A DNA stretch of 64,000 bases from Candidatus Latescibacterota bacterium (lineage in GTDB: Bacteria > Latescibacterota > UBA2968): NCBI GenBank assembly GCA_965198115.1, contig OZ240241.1:5856001-5920000 (forward strand). Reading direction: 5' to 3'. A model generated the notes under the pieces. The model was not told the origin of the DNA and did no database searches. It worked only from the letters and a program-made list of their open reading frames with translations. Shown here in pieces: positions 28,130 to 38,824 of this stretch. Position 1 is the stretch's first letter; every line of letters starts with the position of its first letter. The translations under genes were made by a program, and so were the position numbers.

Positions 28130-28872
28130 TGCCATTAACGGAAGGATTGCGCATGGCAGACCTGACCGTTCCAGTTCGCTATTATAAAGACTATCCCGAG
28201 GGCTACGACTACGGGTATGAAGATTTGTCGCTTCCGCTCGACACGTGCGCCTTTCTGCTCGTGGATGTGGACGGGGGCTACTCGTTCAAGGACGACGCCG
28301 TTCATCCCACAACGGAAAGATTTATTGCACCCGCGCTGACGGGCGCTCGTCGTTGTGGAATGAAAGTTGCCTACGTGCATAACGATCTTCGTCTGGTGGC
28401 TGATCCCGGGAACATCGCGCTGGAGCTGTGGACGAAAACGAAAATGGCGAAAGGCAACGCCGTAGAGTCGTGGACCAAAGCGCGCGACTACGAACCGAAG
28501 TACGCGGAGTGCGTGGCGCCGAGAGACGGGGAGCCCAACTTCCCGAAGTGGATGTGGAGCGGCTTTCGTGACACGTTTCTGGACACGCGGCTTAGAGGAT
28601 GGGGCATCAAGACGCTTTTCGTCGTCGGATACAGCCGGCGCGCGTGCCTGCATTACACGTGCGCGGAGGCGATGGGGCACAATTACCGCGTTGTTCTTCT
28701 CCGGGATTGCTCAAATCCGCCCGGGGAGATCGAGATGCCCGATACGCTGGACGACAGTCTTCCGGAAGGGGGATGGGTGAACCGTATGATGCTCCGGCAG
28801 TTCGAGCATCTGATCGGGTATACCACGACGTCCGCCGAGTTCGTGGACGCGTGCGGAAAGGTGACGGCGTGA
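28126..28872 (+). CDS. Isochorismatase-family cysteine hydrolase
   Basis: FLLVD, K..WSGFRDT.LD..LR..GIKTL.VVG...AC (D-K-C triad). Confidence 0.85.
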   Translation: MMPLTEGLRMADLTVPVRYYKDYPEGYDYGYEDLSLPLDTCAFLLVDVDGGYSFKDDAVHPTTERFIAPALTGARRCGMKVAYVHNDLRLVADPGNIALELWTKTKMAKGNAVESWTKARDYEPKYAECVAPRDGEPNFPKWMWSGFRDTFLDTRLRGWGIKTLFVVGYSRRACLHYTCAEAMGHNYRVVLLRDCSNPPGEIEMPDTLDDSLPEGGWVNRMMLRQFEHLIGYTTTSAEFVDACGKVTA

Positions 28873-29990
28873 AAATTCGGGACATCGACACGATTCTGAT
28901 CGATTCCCCGGGACGGAAGTGGACGATCGTGCGGGTGCACACGGACGAGGATCTGGTCGGTCTGGGGGAGGCGACGTATTTGAAGAAGGAGCCGGTCGTG
29001 GTTTCAGCCGTCGAGCATATGAAGCAGGAGCTCATCGGCGAAGATCCCGGCCGAATCGAATACCTCCGGCACAAGATTTATCGGATGTCGACGCAGAGCG
29101 GCATTTGGCGGATGGCGGGACCCGTGTGGATGAGCGCCCTCAGCGGGATCGACCAGGCATTGTGGGATCTGAAGGGGAAGGTTGCCGGACTCCCGGTCGT
29201 CGAGCTCCTGGGAGGACGTTTCCGAGAGCAGGTGCGTGTCTACACGCACTTTTCCGGACGGACGCCAGAGGAATCAGCCAAAAGTGCCAAGCACTGGGCG
29301 GACCAGGGTTACCGCTACGTGAAGTCCGGGCTGCAGTCGAAGGAGGACTTCGGGTTCGATCCTTACCTGGAAGACGGCTGGCCGGAAGAGACGGCCGCCC
29401 ATTACGCTGCGGCGCGCGAAGCAGTCGGGCCCGACGTGGGGCTGCTCGTCGATTGCCACGGTCGGTTCACGGTCGGGGCTGCGGTGCGGCTGGCTCGGGC
29501 ACTCGAGCCTTGCGGGATGTTTTGTTTCGAGGACCCGGTCGCGCCGGATGACCTGAGTGCGTATCCGAAAGTGAAGCGAGAAACCTCGATTCCGATTATG
29601 GGGAGCGAGCGGTTGAACACGAAGACACAGTTTCGCCAGCTGCTGGAGATGGACGGGATCGACATCGCACAGCCGGATCTCGTCTATGCCGGCGGCATCA
29701 CGGAAGTCAAGAAGATCGCGGCGATTGCGGATACATTCCACGTGCCGATCTCGTTTCACAATACCAAGGGGCCGGTGGGCATCCTGGCCGCCGCCCATTT
29801 GCTGGCGTCGATTCCGAACGAGGCGCCGATGGAATTCGTGACGGGAATCGAATGGCGAGACGAGATTCTCGTGGATCCGCTCGAAATCATCGATGGCTGT
29901 CTGGTCGTGCCCGATCGCCCCGGTCTGGGCATTGTGTTGAACGAAGAGGGCGTCGAGAAACACCGATGGCAACCTGGTGATCCTTACTAG
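28869..29990 (+). CDS. Galactonate dehydratase-like enolase (MR family)
   Basis: GTG 28869 overlapping the previous stop; SGIDQALWDLKGK, VDCHGRF, QPD...GGITEVKKIA. Confidence 0.85.
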   Translation: MKIRDIDTILIDSPGRKWTIVRVHTDEDLVGLGEATYLKKEPVVVSAVEHMKQELIGEDPGRIEYLRHKIYRMSTQSGIWRMAGPVWMSALSGIDQALWDLKGKVAGLPVVELLGGRFREQVRVYTHFSGRTPEESAKSAKHWADQGYRYVKSGLQSKEDFGFDPYLEDGWPEETAAHYAAAREAVGPDVGLLVDCHGRFTVGAAVRLARALEPCGMFCFEDPVAPDDLSAYPKVKRETSIPIMGSERLNTKTQFRQLLEMDGIDIAQPDLVYAGGITEVKKIAAIADTFHVPISFHNTKGPVGILAAAHLLASIPNEAPMEFVTGIEWRDEILVDPLEIIDGCLVVPDRPGLGIVLNEEGVEKHRWQPGDPY

Positions 29991-31543
29991 GAGCCTGTCG
30001 GGTTACACCCGGAAGCTCGTTGAGATTAAGTCCAGCTGAGTCTGTCAGCGACCGGTTACCTTCGTTTTTCCTTGAGCCGAGTTTCTCTTCGGGATCAGGT
30101 AGCCAATGAGAGTCGATAGAGTTTCAGAAGGTTGTGTGTGAGACAGATCAGGTTCCATTCTCTGATGACTTTGTGGATTCGGCGGAATGAGAATCGGGTG
30201 AAGTTCCGAACGGATTTGATCTGTCCAAACACGGGTTCGATGATCTGTTTTCTTTTCCAGTAGGTGCAGCGACCTTTCTGTGTGAGAAGCTTTCTCGCCA
30301 TTTTGTCTTTCGTCGTTGCGCCCTTGGGGATCCGTCCCCTGGGGCAGGTCGCGATGGGCGTTCCATGTTTCTGTTTTGTCGTCGCCACATAGAGGTCGAC
30401 GCCATCTGATTGAACCTGATCGACCTGACTTTGGTTGAAGTATCCGGTGTCGGCAGTGAGGTGCTTGGGTGTCGTGCCGCCCATATTCGCTCTGATCTGG
30501 TTGACCATAGGTGTCATCTGGTTCTTGTCATTAGCTTCTTGGGTGACGTCGGCAGCAACGACAATCTGGGCCTTGTCATCCACAGCAGCTTGGCAGTTGT
30601 AGGCTTGAAGGAATTGGCCCCCTGAGACCATGATCCGTGAGTCGGGATCGGTGAAGTTCAGTTGTTCCTTGGAGTCGGGCTCTTTCGATGGAGGCTTGGG
30701 CTTACGTCCACGACCGCCGCGGCGCTCCCGGGCCTTTACCTTCTCTTCATACGCTGCCTGCTTCTCAGGAAACTCAGCCTCCGCTTCGGCTTCGATCTCG
30801 GCTATTGCGTCGCGGATTACTTTGAGTCGAGTCTCCCGGTGCTGCAACTCCTCGGGCAACTCGTCGCCGCGGTTGTCCTTTCCGTAGAGTTCGTCTTCGG
30901 CCGCGTCAGTGGCTTCGGCCTCGGTCAAGAGTCTGCGCACTTCGGCCTCGATCTCGGCTTCTTTCTTCTTCATCCGGCCGTAGCTCATCGCTTTGTGTTT
31001 TGAGGCATTTGCTTTGACTTTCGTGCCATCCAACGCCACGTGTCCCAGCTTCACCAGACCTGCCTTCACGCAGAGACACAGCACTTGCCTGAACAGACCT
31101 GAGAGGGCATCCAGATGCCGTTGACGAAAGGTCGATATCGTGTCGTGATCAGGATGCTGATCCAGGCTGAGCACACGGAAAGCAACGGAGTCATAGGTCG
31201 CACGCTCAATCTTGCGGGAACTCCTGATGCCTTCGCAGTAACCATACAGCAGTAGGCTCACCATCATCCGGGGATCATACGGTGGCTGGCCACCTTGAGA
31301 CCCATCGTAGGTCTCGTAGATCGCGGACAAATCAAGTTGTCCGACGATATCCAGAATGAAGTAGGTCGGATGACCCTTGGGAAGCCAACTCCGGAGATCC
31401 GGAGGCAGCAACATCAACTGAGCCGGATTGTAGACACGAAACCGAGTAGAAGTGCTCAACGGAAACCTCCAATTCAGAGTCGGAACCTTGATCGCACTTC
31501 TACAATACGAAATCTTCCTCCGGCTGGGTACTCCGACAGGCTC
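29991..31543 (-). mobile_element. IS1182-family element
   Basis: TIR GAGCCTGTCGG / CCGACAGGCTC; CTAG duplicated at 29987-29990 and 31544-31547. Confidence 0.92.
30095..31459 (-). CDS. IS1182-family transposase
   Basis: PYDPRMM, SSRKIE, PDHDTISTFR, ALDGTKVKANAS, TDPDSR, ADTGY, IEPVFGQIK. Confidence 0.93.
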   Translation of the reverse strand: MSTSTRFRVYNPAQLMLLPPDLRSWLPKGHPTYFILDIVGQLDLSAIYETYDGSQGGQPPYDPRMMVSLLLYGYCEGIRSSRKIERATYDSVAFRVLSLDQHPDHDTISTFRQRHLDALSGLFRQVLCLCVKAGLVKLGHVALDGTKVKANASKHKAMSYGRMKKKEAEIEAEVRRLLTEAEATDAAEDELYGKDNRGDELPEELQHRETRLKVIRDAIAEIEAEAEAEFPEKQAAYEEKVKARERRGGRGRKPKPPSKEPDSKEQLNFTDPDSRIMVSGGQFLQAYNCQAAVDDKAQIVVAADVTQEANDKNQMTPMVNQIRANMGGTTPKHLTADTGYFNQSQVDQVQSDGVDLYVATTKQKHGTPIATCPRGRIPKGATTKDKMARKLLTQKGRCTYWKRKQIIEPVFGQIKSVRNFTRFSFRRIHKVIREWNLICLTHNLLKLYRLSLAT

Positions 31544-31832
31544 CTAGCCTGAATTATGCATAAAAAAGCCGTACGACGTTCAAGGGAAAAACCAAAGGCC
31601 CCTTGAACTACAATTTTCTACGAAAATTGTATCTCTTCATGCGCATGCGCGCGCGCGAGGATTTTTTTTGAAACGCTGGCATGTCCATTCCAGATATCCT
31701 GACTGGCTGTCCACCGGAGGGATGCTGGTACCGGTTGATCGTGTTTCCGGGCCGTACGGGAGCCATAGAGAGCCTTTCGGCTTCTGGGTGAGCAAGGGCA
31801 TTTCGATGCTTAAATGGCCTTAAAAAGGCTCT

Positions 31833-32102
31833 ATGGAGCTCTGGGGACCGGATATGACAGCCATTGAATTCATTGGAGCATGCGCAATCATTGTCCGGCT
31901 GGTGCGGGATGGCGTGCCGAGAGATGAGGTCTATCGCCGGTATTCGCTCCTGATGGAACCGTACGCGGACATTCCACCGTACCCGGAAACGGATGCGGCT
32001 ACGGAGGATGCGGTAGTTCATGCATGGTTCAGGGCTACGATGGCATGGGCCACCGGGAGGTCCGGGCCGAGAAGGAAAAAGGATATTGGGCAAGTCCGGT
32101 AA
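31833..32102 (+). CDS. Small hypothetical protein (phage-like)
   Basis: ORF track only; lies within the island remnant. Confidence 0.35.
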   Translation: MELWGPDMTAIEFIGACAIIVRLVRDGVPRDEVYRRYSLLMEPYADIPPYPETDAATEDAVVHAWFRATMAWATGRSGPRRKKDIGQVR

Positions 32103-32429
32103 ATCTGAAACACAACCGATTTCTCGGCCTGCTCCTGCTTCGGAAGGGAAAGAGCCAGTATCCGCTACGATCGTTTTTGACCTGCCGATTCAGTTGGGAT
32201 TGGGGATACAAGGCGTTATTCGCCTGCCGAAATCGGCCATCGAGACCGTGAAGCAATTGAAAACACTTCTCGTGAGCGACGATGCGTCAAAGGGTGAGGG
32301 AGGTGGCTGAAAGACGGGCGTTGCTGAAGATCGGAACTGCTTGACAGCGAAGTTCGCATGGGCGATTGTTGTCGTGCAACGGATTTGCGGCCCGTTGTCG
32401 TTGTGTCCCGGAGGGTGCAGGTCCAGAGG

Positions 32430-32900
32430 GTCGGATGCACCCGGCTTCCGAGAGCAGTTTCCGAACTTCTGGTGTATCCTTCCTCGCCCAGATCATCTGC
32501 GCTGTGCAGACCACGACAGGCTTGAAAGGCTCCCAGTGCTTCCCTCCACACTTCCCGATGCACTCGGCAGGGATGACCTCAGCCAGGTCCTGGGCCGTCT
32601 GTTCCAAGAGAGTGCGGTTGGGCACAAAGTAAATCGTCTTCCGGCCGATCTTCTGGATCGCGACGGCAGCCGTCACCGTCTTCCCTGATCCTGTGGCGTG
32701 GGCGATGATGCCCCGGCTCTTGACCAGAGCAGCCTCCGATCCCTCCTCCTGGTAGTCCCTCAGGTGCATAGTGGTCTTCCCCAGCCGGTAGGACTTCTTG
32801 TCATTCTTCCGCAAGTCGATTACCCGGCACGGAATCCCGGCTTTCTTGAGGGCGGCTATGACGGGACTGGTCCATCCGGTGGGATAGGTCCCTGTTTTCC
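32430..32900 (-). pseudogene. SF2 (ResIII/DEAD-like) helicase fragment
   Basis: LRDYQ Q-motif, HATGSGKT Walker A, VPNRTLLEQ motif Ia; broken before Walker B and at the N-terminus. Confidence 0.8.
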
Positions 32901-34030
32901 CAAGGCTCGGATTGCACGACAGTTGGGGGTATCCCGGGGGACCGTGTACAACCACCTGGAGAGAGAGGAACCGTTTCCGAAGCTTCGGAAAAAACGGGTG
33001 TCGAAGCTGGAGCGGTTCAAGGGGTATATCGGGTCCCGCCTGGAGCGGTTCGACCTGCCCTGCACGGTGCTGTATCGGGAGCTGGTAGCGCTCGGATATG
33101 AGGGGGGTCTGACGATCCTTCGGGATTACGTGCGTCCCCTCAAGCGAGAGCTCACCCGGCGGGTCTGCGAACGGTTTGAGACCGACCCGGGACGACAAGC
33201 TCAGATCGACTGGGGGGAGTGCGGAACGGTGGTCGTGGACGGGGAGCGCCGGAAGCTCTACGTCTTCGTGATGGTGCTGGGCTGCAGCCGGATGCTGTTC
33301 GTTCGTTTCACGACCTCTTCGAAGCTGCCCGTGCTGATGTCGTGTCTGCAGGAGGCCTTCGGCCGGATCGGCATCCCCCGGGAGATCCTGGTGGACAACA
33401 TGCGGCAGGCCGTGGATCAGCACGACGTGACCACCGGCACGGTGCGATGGAACCGATCCTTCCTGGACTTCACAGAGCACCACGAATTCCTCCCGGCAGC
33501 GTGTCCGCCCTACTGGCCCCGGGCCAAAGGCAAGGTGGAGCGAGGTGTGGGTTACGTGAAGAAGAGCTTCCTGGAGGGTCGGTCGTTCACGGATCTTTCT
33601 GACCTGAACCACCAGGTCGATGCCTGGGTCGATACGGTCGCCAACGTGCGCATCCACGGCACGACCGGCGCCCGTCCGATCGACCGCTATGCCGAGGAAG
33701 CCCCGGCACTGTCCGTTTGCGAGCGTGCCGGCCTACGATACGCGCCCGGTGGAGCTGCGTGTTGTGGCCTCTGACAGCCACATCAGCTTTGGCAGCGTGC
33801 GCTACAGCGTGCACCCGATCGCGGTGGGACGAACCGTCGAAGTTCGTCCGGAGGGCGAGAGCGCGGGGGCGGCGCTGACCGTCCACCACGGCGATCGGCT
33901 CGTGGCGACGCACACGCGAGCTCCTCGGGGCAGCCGCGATGTCACGTTGCCCGAACACCTCGATGCCATCTGCAAACTGACTCGCGGTCGTCCACAGGCA
34001 ACCCCGCGGAAAGCGCCACAGTTCGTGTAG
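32899..34030 (+). pseudogene. istA: IS21-family transposase IstA, 5'-truncated and frameshifted; no istB
   Basis: IARQLGVSRGTV, RFETDPGRQAQIDWG, LVDNM, AKGKVER, RIHGTT; shift near 33710. Confidence 0.85.
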
Positions 34031-34054
34031 CTGCCCCCGTTGTCCCCCGAGGTC

Positions 34055-34216
34055 GCTCACTCTCAGGGTCAGCTCCCGCTTAGGGGACGCACGTAATCCC
34101 GAAGGATCGTCAGACCCCCTCATACCCCAGCGCCACCAGCTCCCGATACAGCACCGTGCAGGGCAGGTCGAATCGCTCCAGGCGGGACCCGATATACCCC
34201 TTGAACCGCTCCAGCG
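34055..34216 (-). pseudogene. Inverted fragment of a second, diverged istA
   Basis: Reverse complement matches ~33007-33160 with scattered substitutions. Confidence 0.75.
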
Positions 34217-34253
34217 ATGGATTTTCCGGACGGAAAACTACTATATTGGAGCT

Positions 34254-34457
34254 ATGGCGAGACTCGAGCGGATAGGTGCCACAGAAGCAGCTGCCCGAAA
34301 GGGGTGCTCAAGGCAGGCGATGAACTATGCGATCAGAAATGGCAAGATCGATGCGGAGCGCATTGGCAACCAGAACATCGTTGTTGTGAATGACCGATTT
34401 CAGGACCGGCAACCGAATCCAAGAATGAAGAGGGCGGGTAGACCAAGATCAGTCTGA
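34254..34457 (+). CDS. Small HTH DNA-binding (excisionase-like) protein
   Basis: GATEAAARKGCSRQAMNYAIRNGKIDAERIG; GGAG SD; next to the att-like site. Confidence 0.65.
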   Translation: MARLERIGATEAAARKGCSRQAMNYAIRNGKIDAERIGNQNIVVVNDRFQDRQPNPRMKRAGRPRSV

Positions 34458-34575
34458 GGCTGAGACCAGCCAGCAAAGTCGTGGTGGAGCGCTGTGATCC
34501 GGTTAGATCTGGCTCCGAATGGGGTTACATACGACGTTACGTTTATATAACTCATTGTAAATACTATTATGAATT

Positions 34576-34612
34576 CCTGCCTTACAAGCAGGAAGTCACT
34601 GGTTCGAATCCC
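34576..34612 (+). other. tRNA-Val(TAC) fragment, att-like site
   Basis: CCTGC-CTTACAA-GCAGG anticodon arm, AAGTC, ACTGG-TTCGAAT-CC; no D-arm or acceptor stem. Confidence 0.75.
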
Positions 34613-34797
34613 ACCTTCGCCCGGCGGGCTACGGCGGACAGGCCGGGTATCGCCTACCACATCGAAAGCAACGGGTCACAACCATTGGATCGTGACCCGT
34701 TTTTCTTTCGAGAACAGGATTGGTGGGCCGAATGAAGAGTACGTTTCCCGCAGATCCACATTGCCCATCTATCCGAGAATCTGAAACCGCGACGCGT

Positions 34798-36557
34798 CTA
34801 CGACGCTCGGTCCCACGGGAACGTCCACGTCGGCCGATGGGCGTAGCGCTTCGTTCGGATCTCTATTCGGCCGCCGCAGCCTGGTGCCAGCAGGATCGAG
34901 AAGGCGATGTCTCCGATCTCGACGCTTTCCTCACTGTCGAGCGTGACATTCGTGATCTCGTGCTCCGCGTAGCCGCCGCCCTGCACGATGATCGTCCGTG
35001 GCTCAACCGGGTTGACGTTGACGAGCGTGAGCGTCACGGCGTCATCCGAGAGCTTTTCGACGAGAGCGGCGACATCTCTGGAACGCCGGCTCGCTGTCCC
35101 TCCGGATCGAAGTAGCGGAGACGGCAATAGAGCGGCGATCCGACGCGTCCGGTCGGTAAACCTCCCAGCATCAGTTGCGTCAGGGTTTCGGTCTTAGCCG
35201 GATTGATGTGGTTCATGTCGTCCGACAGGCGGGTGTCGGGCGAACAGGTGTCGGCGGCCATTTCCTCCATGTCCTGGCGAACACGTTCCAGCGCACTCTG
35301 CAGCGCGACCGTCGGATAGTCCGCGTTCTTCCCTTCGAGATACCGCACCCACGGATTCTGCTCGACACGCCCGAGGTCGTCGCGATTCATCGACCAGTAC
35401 CAGACTTCGAGCGCACCCGAGTCGAAGGGCTTGTCCTTCCAGTCAAACCAGTCTTCCTCGCCGAAGTAGTCCCCGTAGGCGTTCGGCCACTTGGTCTGCC
35501 CGTCGATTTCGCGCGCGTTGTTGTTGATGTAGTCGATGACGCCTCGCCACGTGTCCACGTAGCGTTGATCGCCGGTTAGCATGAGTCCAACGCCGAAACC
35601 ATTGATCGCTCGCGTGTGGGAGTAGGTGCGATGGGCCAGTTCGCCGGTCTGCGGCACGATGACGGTGAAGCCCCAGCCGTAGATGCCGCCATACCATCGA
35701 CCGCCGCATTCTCCGCCGATTGTTCCGTCCAAGCCGATGTTGGTGGGGATGATCCCGCCATTCTCGGCGGTTCGTTCACACCACGCATCGATGTATTCCA
35801 ACGCCCAGGCGCGATACTTCTCCTCGTGCTCCACCATATACGCGTTCAAGGCCAGCGCCGTCGCGGCGAGGTTCATGGGATTGTCGCCAACGACGTCGTT
35901 GTAGTCCTGGAAATGAGCGACCATCTCTTCAAAGGACCGCTCGCCGTGACCCAAACGGAAACGCCCTTCGATTTCGATCGGATCTCCAGCCCAGTCTAAT
36001 CCAGTCGCCTTGCGCAGGAGCGGACCACGGCTGCCGTTGAAACAGCTGCGGATGATCTTGTGCTCAGGATCGTAATTGGGCGCCTGTGGGTCTTCGTTCA
36101 TGTAGAAGCCGGCGTAGCGCCTCGCACGGATCTGTCTGGCGGGGTCATAGGGATCCGACAGTCCCTGGAGATTGAAGGCGGAAAAACCTTCTCCGTGGTG
36201 GAACCAGTCGAACATCACGGGAAACTCCTTGTAGTACATCCCGTCGCGTCCCAGATCCACTTCCACCGTCTTGGCTTCCGTATACTGTCGGAGGTGTCCT
36301 TCCCACCCTCGTTTAAACAGGGCCAACACCGAGTCCGCGCCACCCAACGCGTGGAGCATCGTCCAGTTCAGCTGATTCTCTGCCGCGTCATCCGGCCCAT
36401 CGTCGCCGCCCCAGCGTGGGACGCACAGGAGATAGCCCCGCTCGTCGAAGTAGTGGTCATAGAACGCCTCGCAGGCGTCACTCTGAGCCTTCAGCAGCTG
36501 GCGCTCGAGCAATGCCCACGCAGGCGGTGCCATAGGTGTATCAATGTGTAAAGTCAT
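34798..36557 (-). pseudogene. Conserved hypothetical protein (~585 aa), one frameshift near 35075
   Basis: 507-aa ORF ends ..RAGVPE; continuation DVAALVEKLSDDAVTLTLVN...PTWTFPWDRAS in another frame. Confidence 0.65.
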
Positions 36558-36727
36558 GAGTTCCTCTCGATTCGGGTGAGACTATTCACAGCGGCTTCTG
36601 CTGCGATCATTCGTTGCCTGAAGTTGTGCACGGAATCCTCACCGAAGCAAGAACAGTGGTGCAGGTGGCTTTGATGTCGTCATGATTCAACGCGGGAAGC
36701 ACTTAAAGATTTCAAATGGAGGATTTC

Positions 36728-37666
36728 ATGGCGCTGGCAACCAGAAAACTCGGAACCACAGGCATCGAGGTTTCGGATGTGGGGATGGGATGTTGGGCGA
36801 TCGGGGGGGTGTCATTCCGGGACGGCTTGCCATCCGGCTGGTCGGGCGCTGACATCGAGCAATCTCTGGAAGCAGTCCGGTGTGCGTGGGATGCAGGGGT
36901 GACGCTTTTCGATACGGCGGACGCTTACGGACGGGGTAAGAGTGAGGTTCTACTCGGGATGGCCCTGAAGGAGCATAAATCCGATGCGGTGATCGCAACG
37001 AAGGTGGGTACCAGTCTGGCGGCTCCGGGACAGATCTTCACAGAGCCGTACATCCGCGGTGCGATTGACGCGAGCCTGACGCGACTGGAGACGGATTGCG
37101 TCGATGTGTATCAGCTTCATGGCCCGTCCCTGGATGCGATGACAGACGACTTGTTCGATTTACTGGGGTCGCTCAAATCGGAGGGGAAGATCAGATCCTG
37201 GGGCGTGTCGATCGGCTCGGTCGAAGAAGGTCAACGCGCTATCGAGGGCGGTGCCGAGGTCCTCCAGCTCGTATATAACATCCTACACCAGGAGGTTGGC
37301 GACGGGATCTTTCCCCTTGCAGAGAAAAGGGGGGTGGGCATCATCGTGCGGGTTCCGCTGGCTTCCGGCTGGCTAACGGGGAAATACGACGAGAACACGG
37401 TCTTTCCGAAAGAGGATCACCGGAGCCGCCGGTTCAGTGATGAGGAAACGGCGACGATGGCCGCAAAGGTAAAGGCGCTCGATTTTCTGCTCGAAGAAGC
37501 CGGTACGCTGGCCGAGGCAGTGCTTCGGTTTACGCTGATGCCTTCGGCCGTTTCGACGGTCATTCCCGGCGCGAAGTCAGCGGCACAGATCAGGGATAAC
37601 GTGGCTGCGTCCGGTAAGCCCCTGTCGGACGGTGCCATGAGGCGGATCGAGGAGGTTATTGGGTAA
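36728..37666 (+). CDS. Aldo/keto reductase
   Basis: FDTADAYG.GKSE, IATKVG, DVYQLHGP, PLASGWLTGKY. Confidence 0.92.
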   Translation: MALATRKLGTTGIEVSDVGMGCWAIGGVSFRDGLPSGWSGADIEQSLEAVRCAWDAGVTLFDTADAYGRGKSEVLLGMALKEHKSDAVIATKVGTSLAAPGQIFTEPYIRGAIDASLTRLETDCVDVYQLHGPSLDAMTDDLFDLLGSLKSEGKIRSWGVSIGSVEEGQRAIEGGAEVLQLVYNILHQEVGDGIFPLAEKRGVGIIVRVPLASGWLTGKYDENTVFPKEDHRSRRFSDEETATMAAKVKALDFLLEEAGTLAEAVLRFTLMPSAVSTVIPGAKSAAQIRDNVAASGKPLSDGAMRRIEEVIG

Positions 37667-37838
37667 AATACGTGCGCAGGAAGGAGCTGTAGGAGGTAAG
37701 GACTTATGAAACCCCAGGGTGTCATTGAGCTTCGTGATGCGCATCCGGCTGTGTTATCCTCTGGTGACAAGATCATCAGAGCATAGGGACCAGACACAGT
37801 CGAGTCCGGGGAATCAACAGACCCGTGTGGAGGAGCGT

Positions 37839-38778
37839 ATGGAAGGAGCGGCTGAGACACAGGCATCGAGCGTCTCGACCATGACGACGACCGACCTCGA
37901 GGCAACGAAAGAGCATTTGGACGTCCACGGGTACTGTATCGTCGAGGGAGCGATCAGCGCCGAAGAAGCGGCTGCGCTACGCGATCGGCTGACCGAGCAG
38001 GCGAAGGCCGAGGCGCAACTCGACAGGACCCGTATCCTCCCCGACAAGAAGCAGATCATTTGCGTTCCTGATCAACAAGGGCCGGGGATTTCGTGATCTG
38101 CTGTTCCATTCCGTTATGCGAGAGCTGGTCGGGCACGTGCTCGGCGATCTCTACCTCCTGTCCTCCTACAACGGACACATTGCCCACCCGGGTGGCACCA
38201 AGGTATTCCACACCGATCAGTGGTGGATGCCCCCACCCACAAATACTCGCAAGGAGTCCTTGATTCGCACAGGATCGATCCATCGCGATAACCAGCGAGG
38301 TCATTACCAGTTCGGCGAGGCCCGGATGGATCCGGTGACCATCTCCCCGGCGTGCACGTGCAACGTGATGTGGACCGTCGACGACTTCACAGCCAGGAAC
38401 GGCGCCACCATCGTGGTGCCGGGAAGTCACCTGTGCGGCCGCGAGCCCGATCCTGAGCTCGATGAAGACGCCAACTGGACCCCCGCGCTGGCTCCGGCGG
38501 GAAGTTTCGTGGTGCTGGATGGACGCGTGTGGCACTCCACTGGAGCCAACGTGAGCGACCGGACCCGGATCGGTTTGACGACCAATTTCTGTGCGTGGCA
38601 ATTCCGCCAGCAGGAGAATCTGCCGATGGGGGTGTCTCCAGAGGCTCTGGAAGACGCCTCCGATGAGTTGTTGGATCTGATCGGTTTCCGGCCGGCATTC
38701 GGGTATGGTGGGTTGGGGGTACCTGGCGAGAGGATCGAACGAGGCAGCTACGCGTTGGGAGAGCTAAGGCCCACCTAG
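37839..38778 (+). pseudogene. PhyH family dioxygenase, one frameshift near 38060
   Basis: LDVHGYCIVEGAI then FHTDQ, NGATIVVPGSH, VWHSTGAN. Confidence 0.8.
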
Positions 38779-38824
38779 CTGCTTATCCCGACCGCACGCA
38801 TCCGATGCAAAGAGGAGGCTTCCG

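Larger units (their letters stand above)
31548..34612. mobile_element. Decayed prophage/integrative-element remnant
   Basis: Small phage-like ORFs, SF2 helicase fragment, IS21 pieces, excisionase-like HTH gene and a terminal tRNA fragment. Confidence 0.6.

Noticed and set aside
32287-33657. 456-aa ORF as a novel helicase fusion
   Set aside because: The N-terminal half is simply the antisense of istA; only ~32430-32900 is helicase-like
34055-34216. Amplification-type inverted chimera
   Set aside because: The inverted piece differs from 33007-33160 at multiple positions, so it derives from a different istA copy
34576-34625. Complete or chimeric tRNA gene
   Set aside because: No D-arm or acceptor stem; the sequence after TTCGAATCC is better explained as a CCTTCGCC..GGCTACGGCG REP-like repeat
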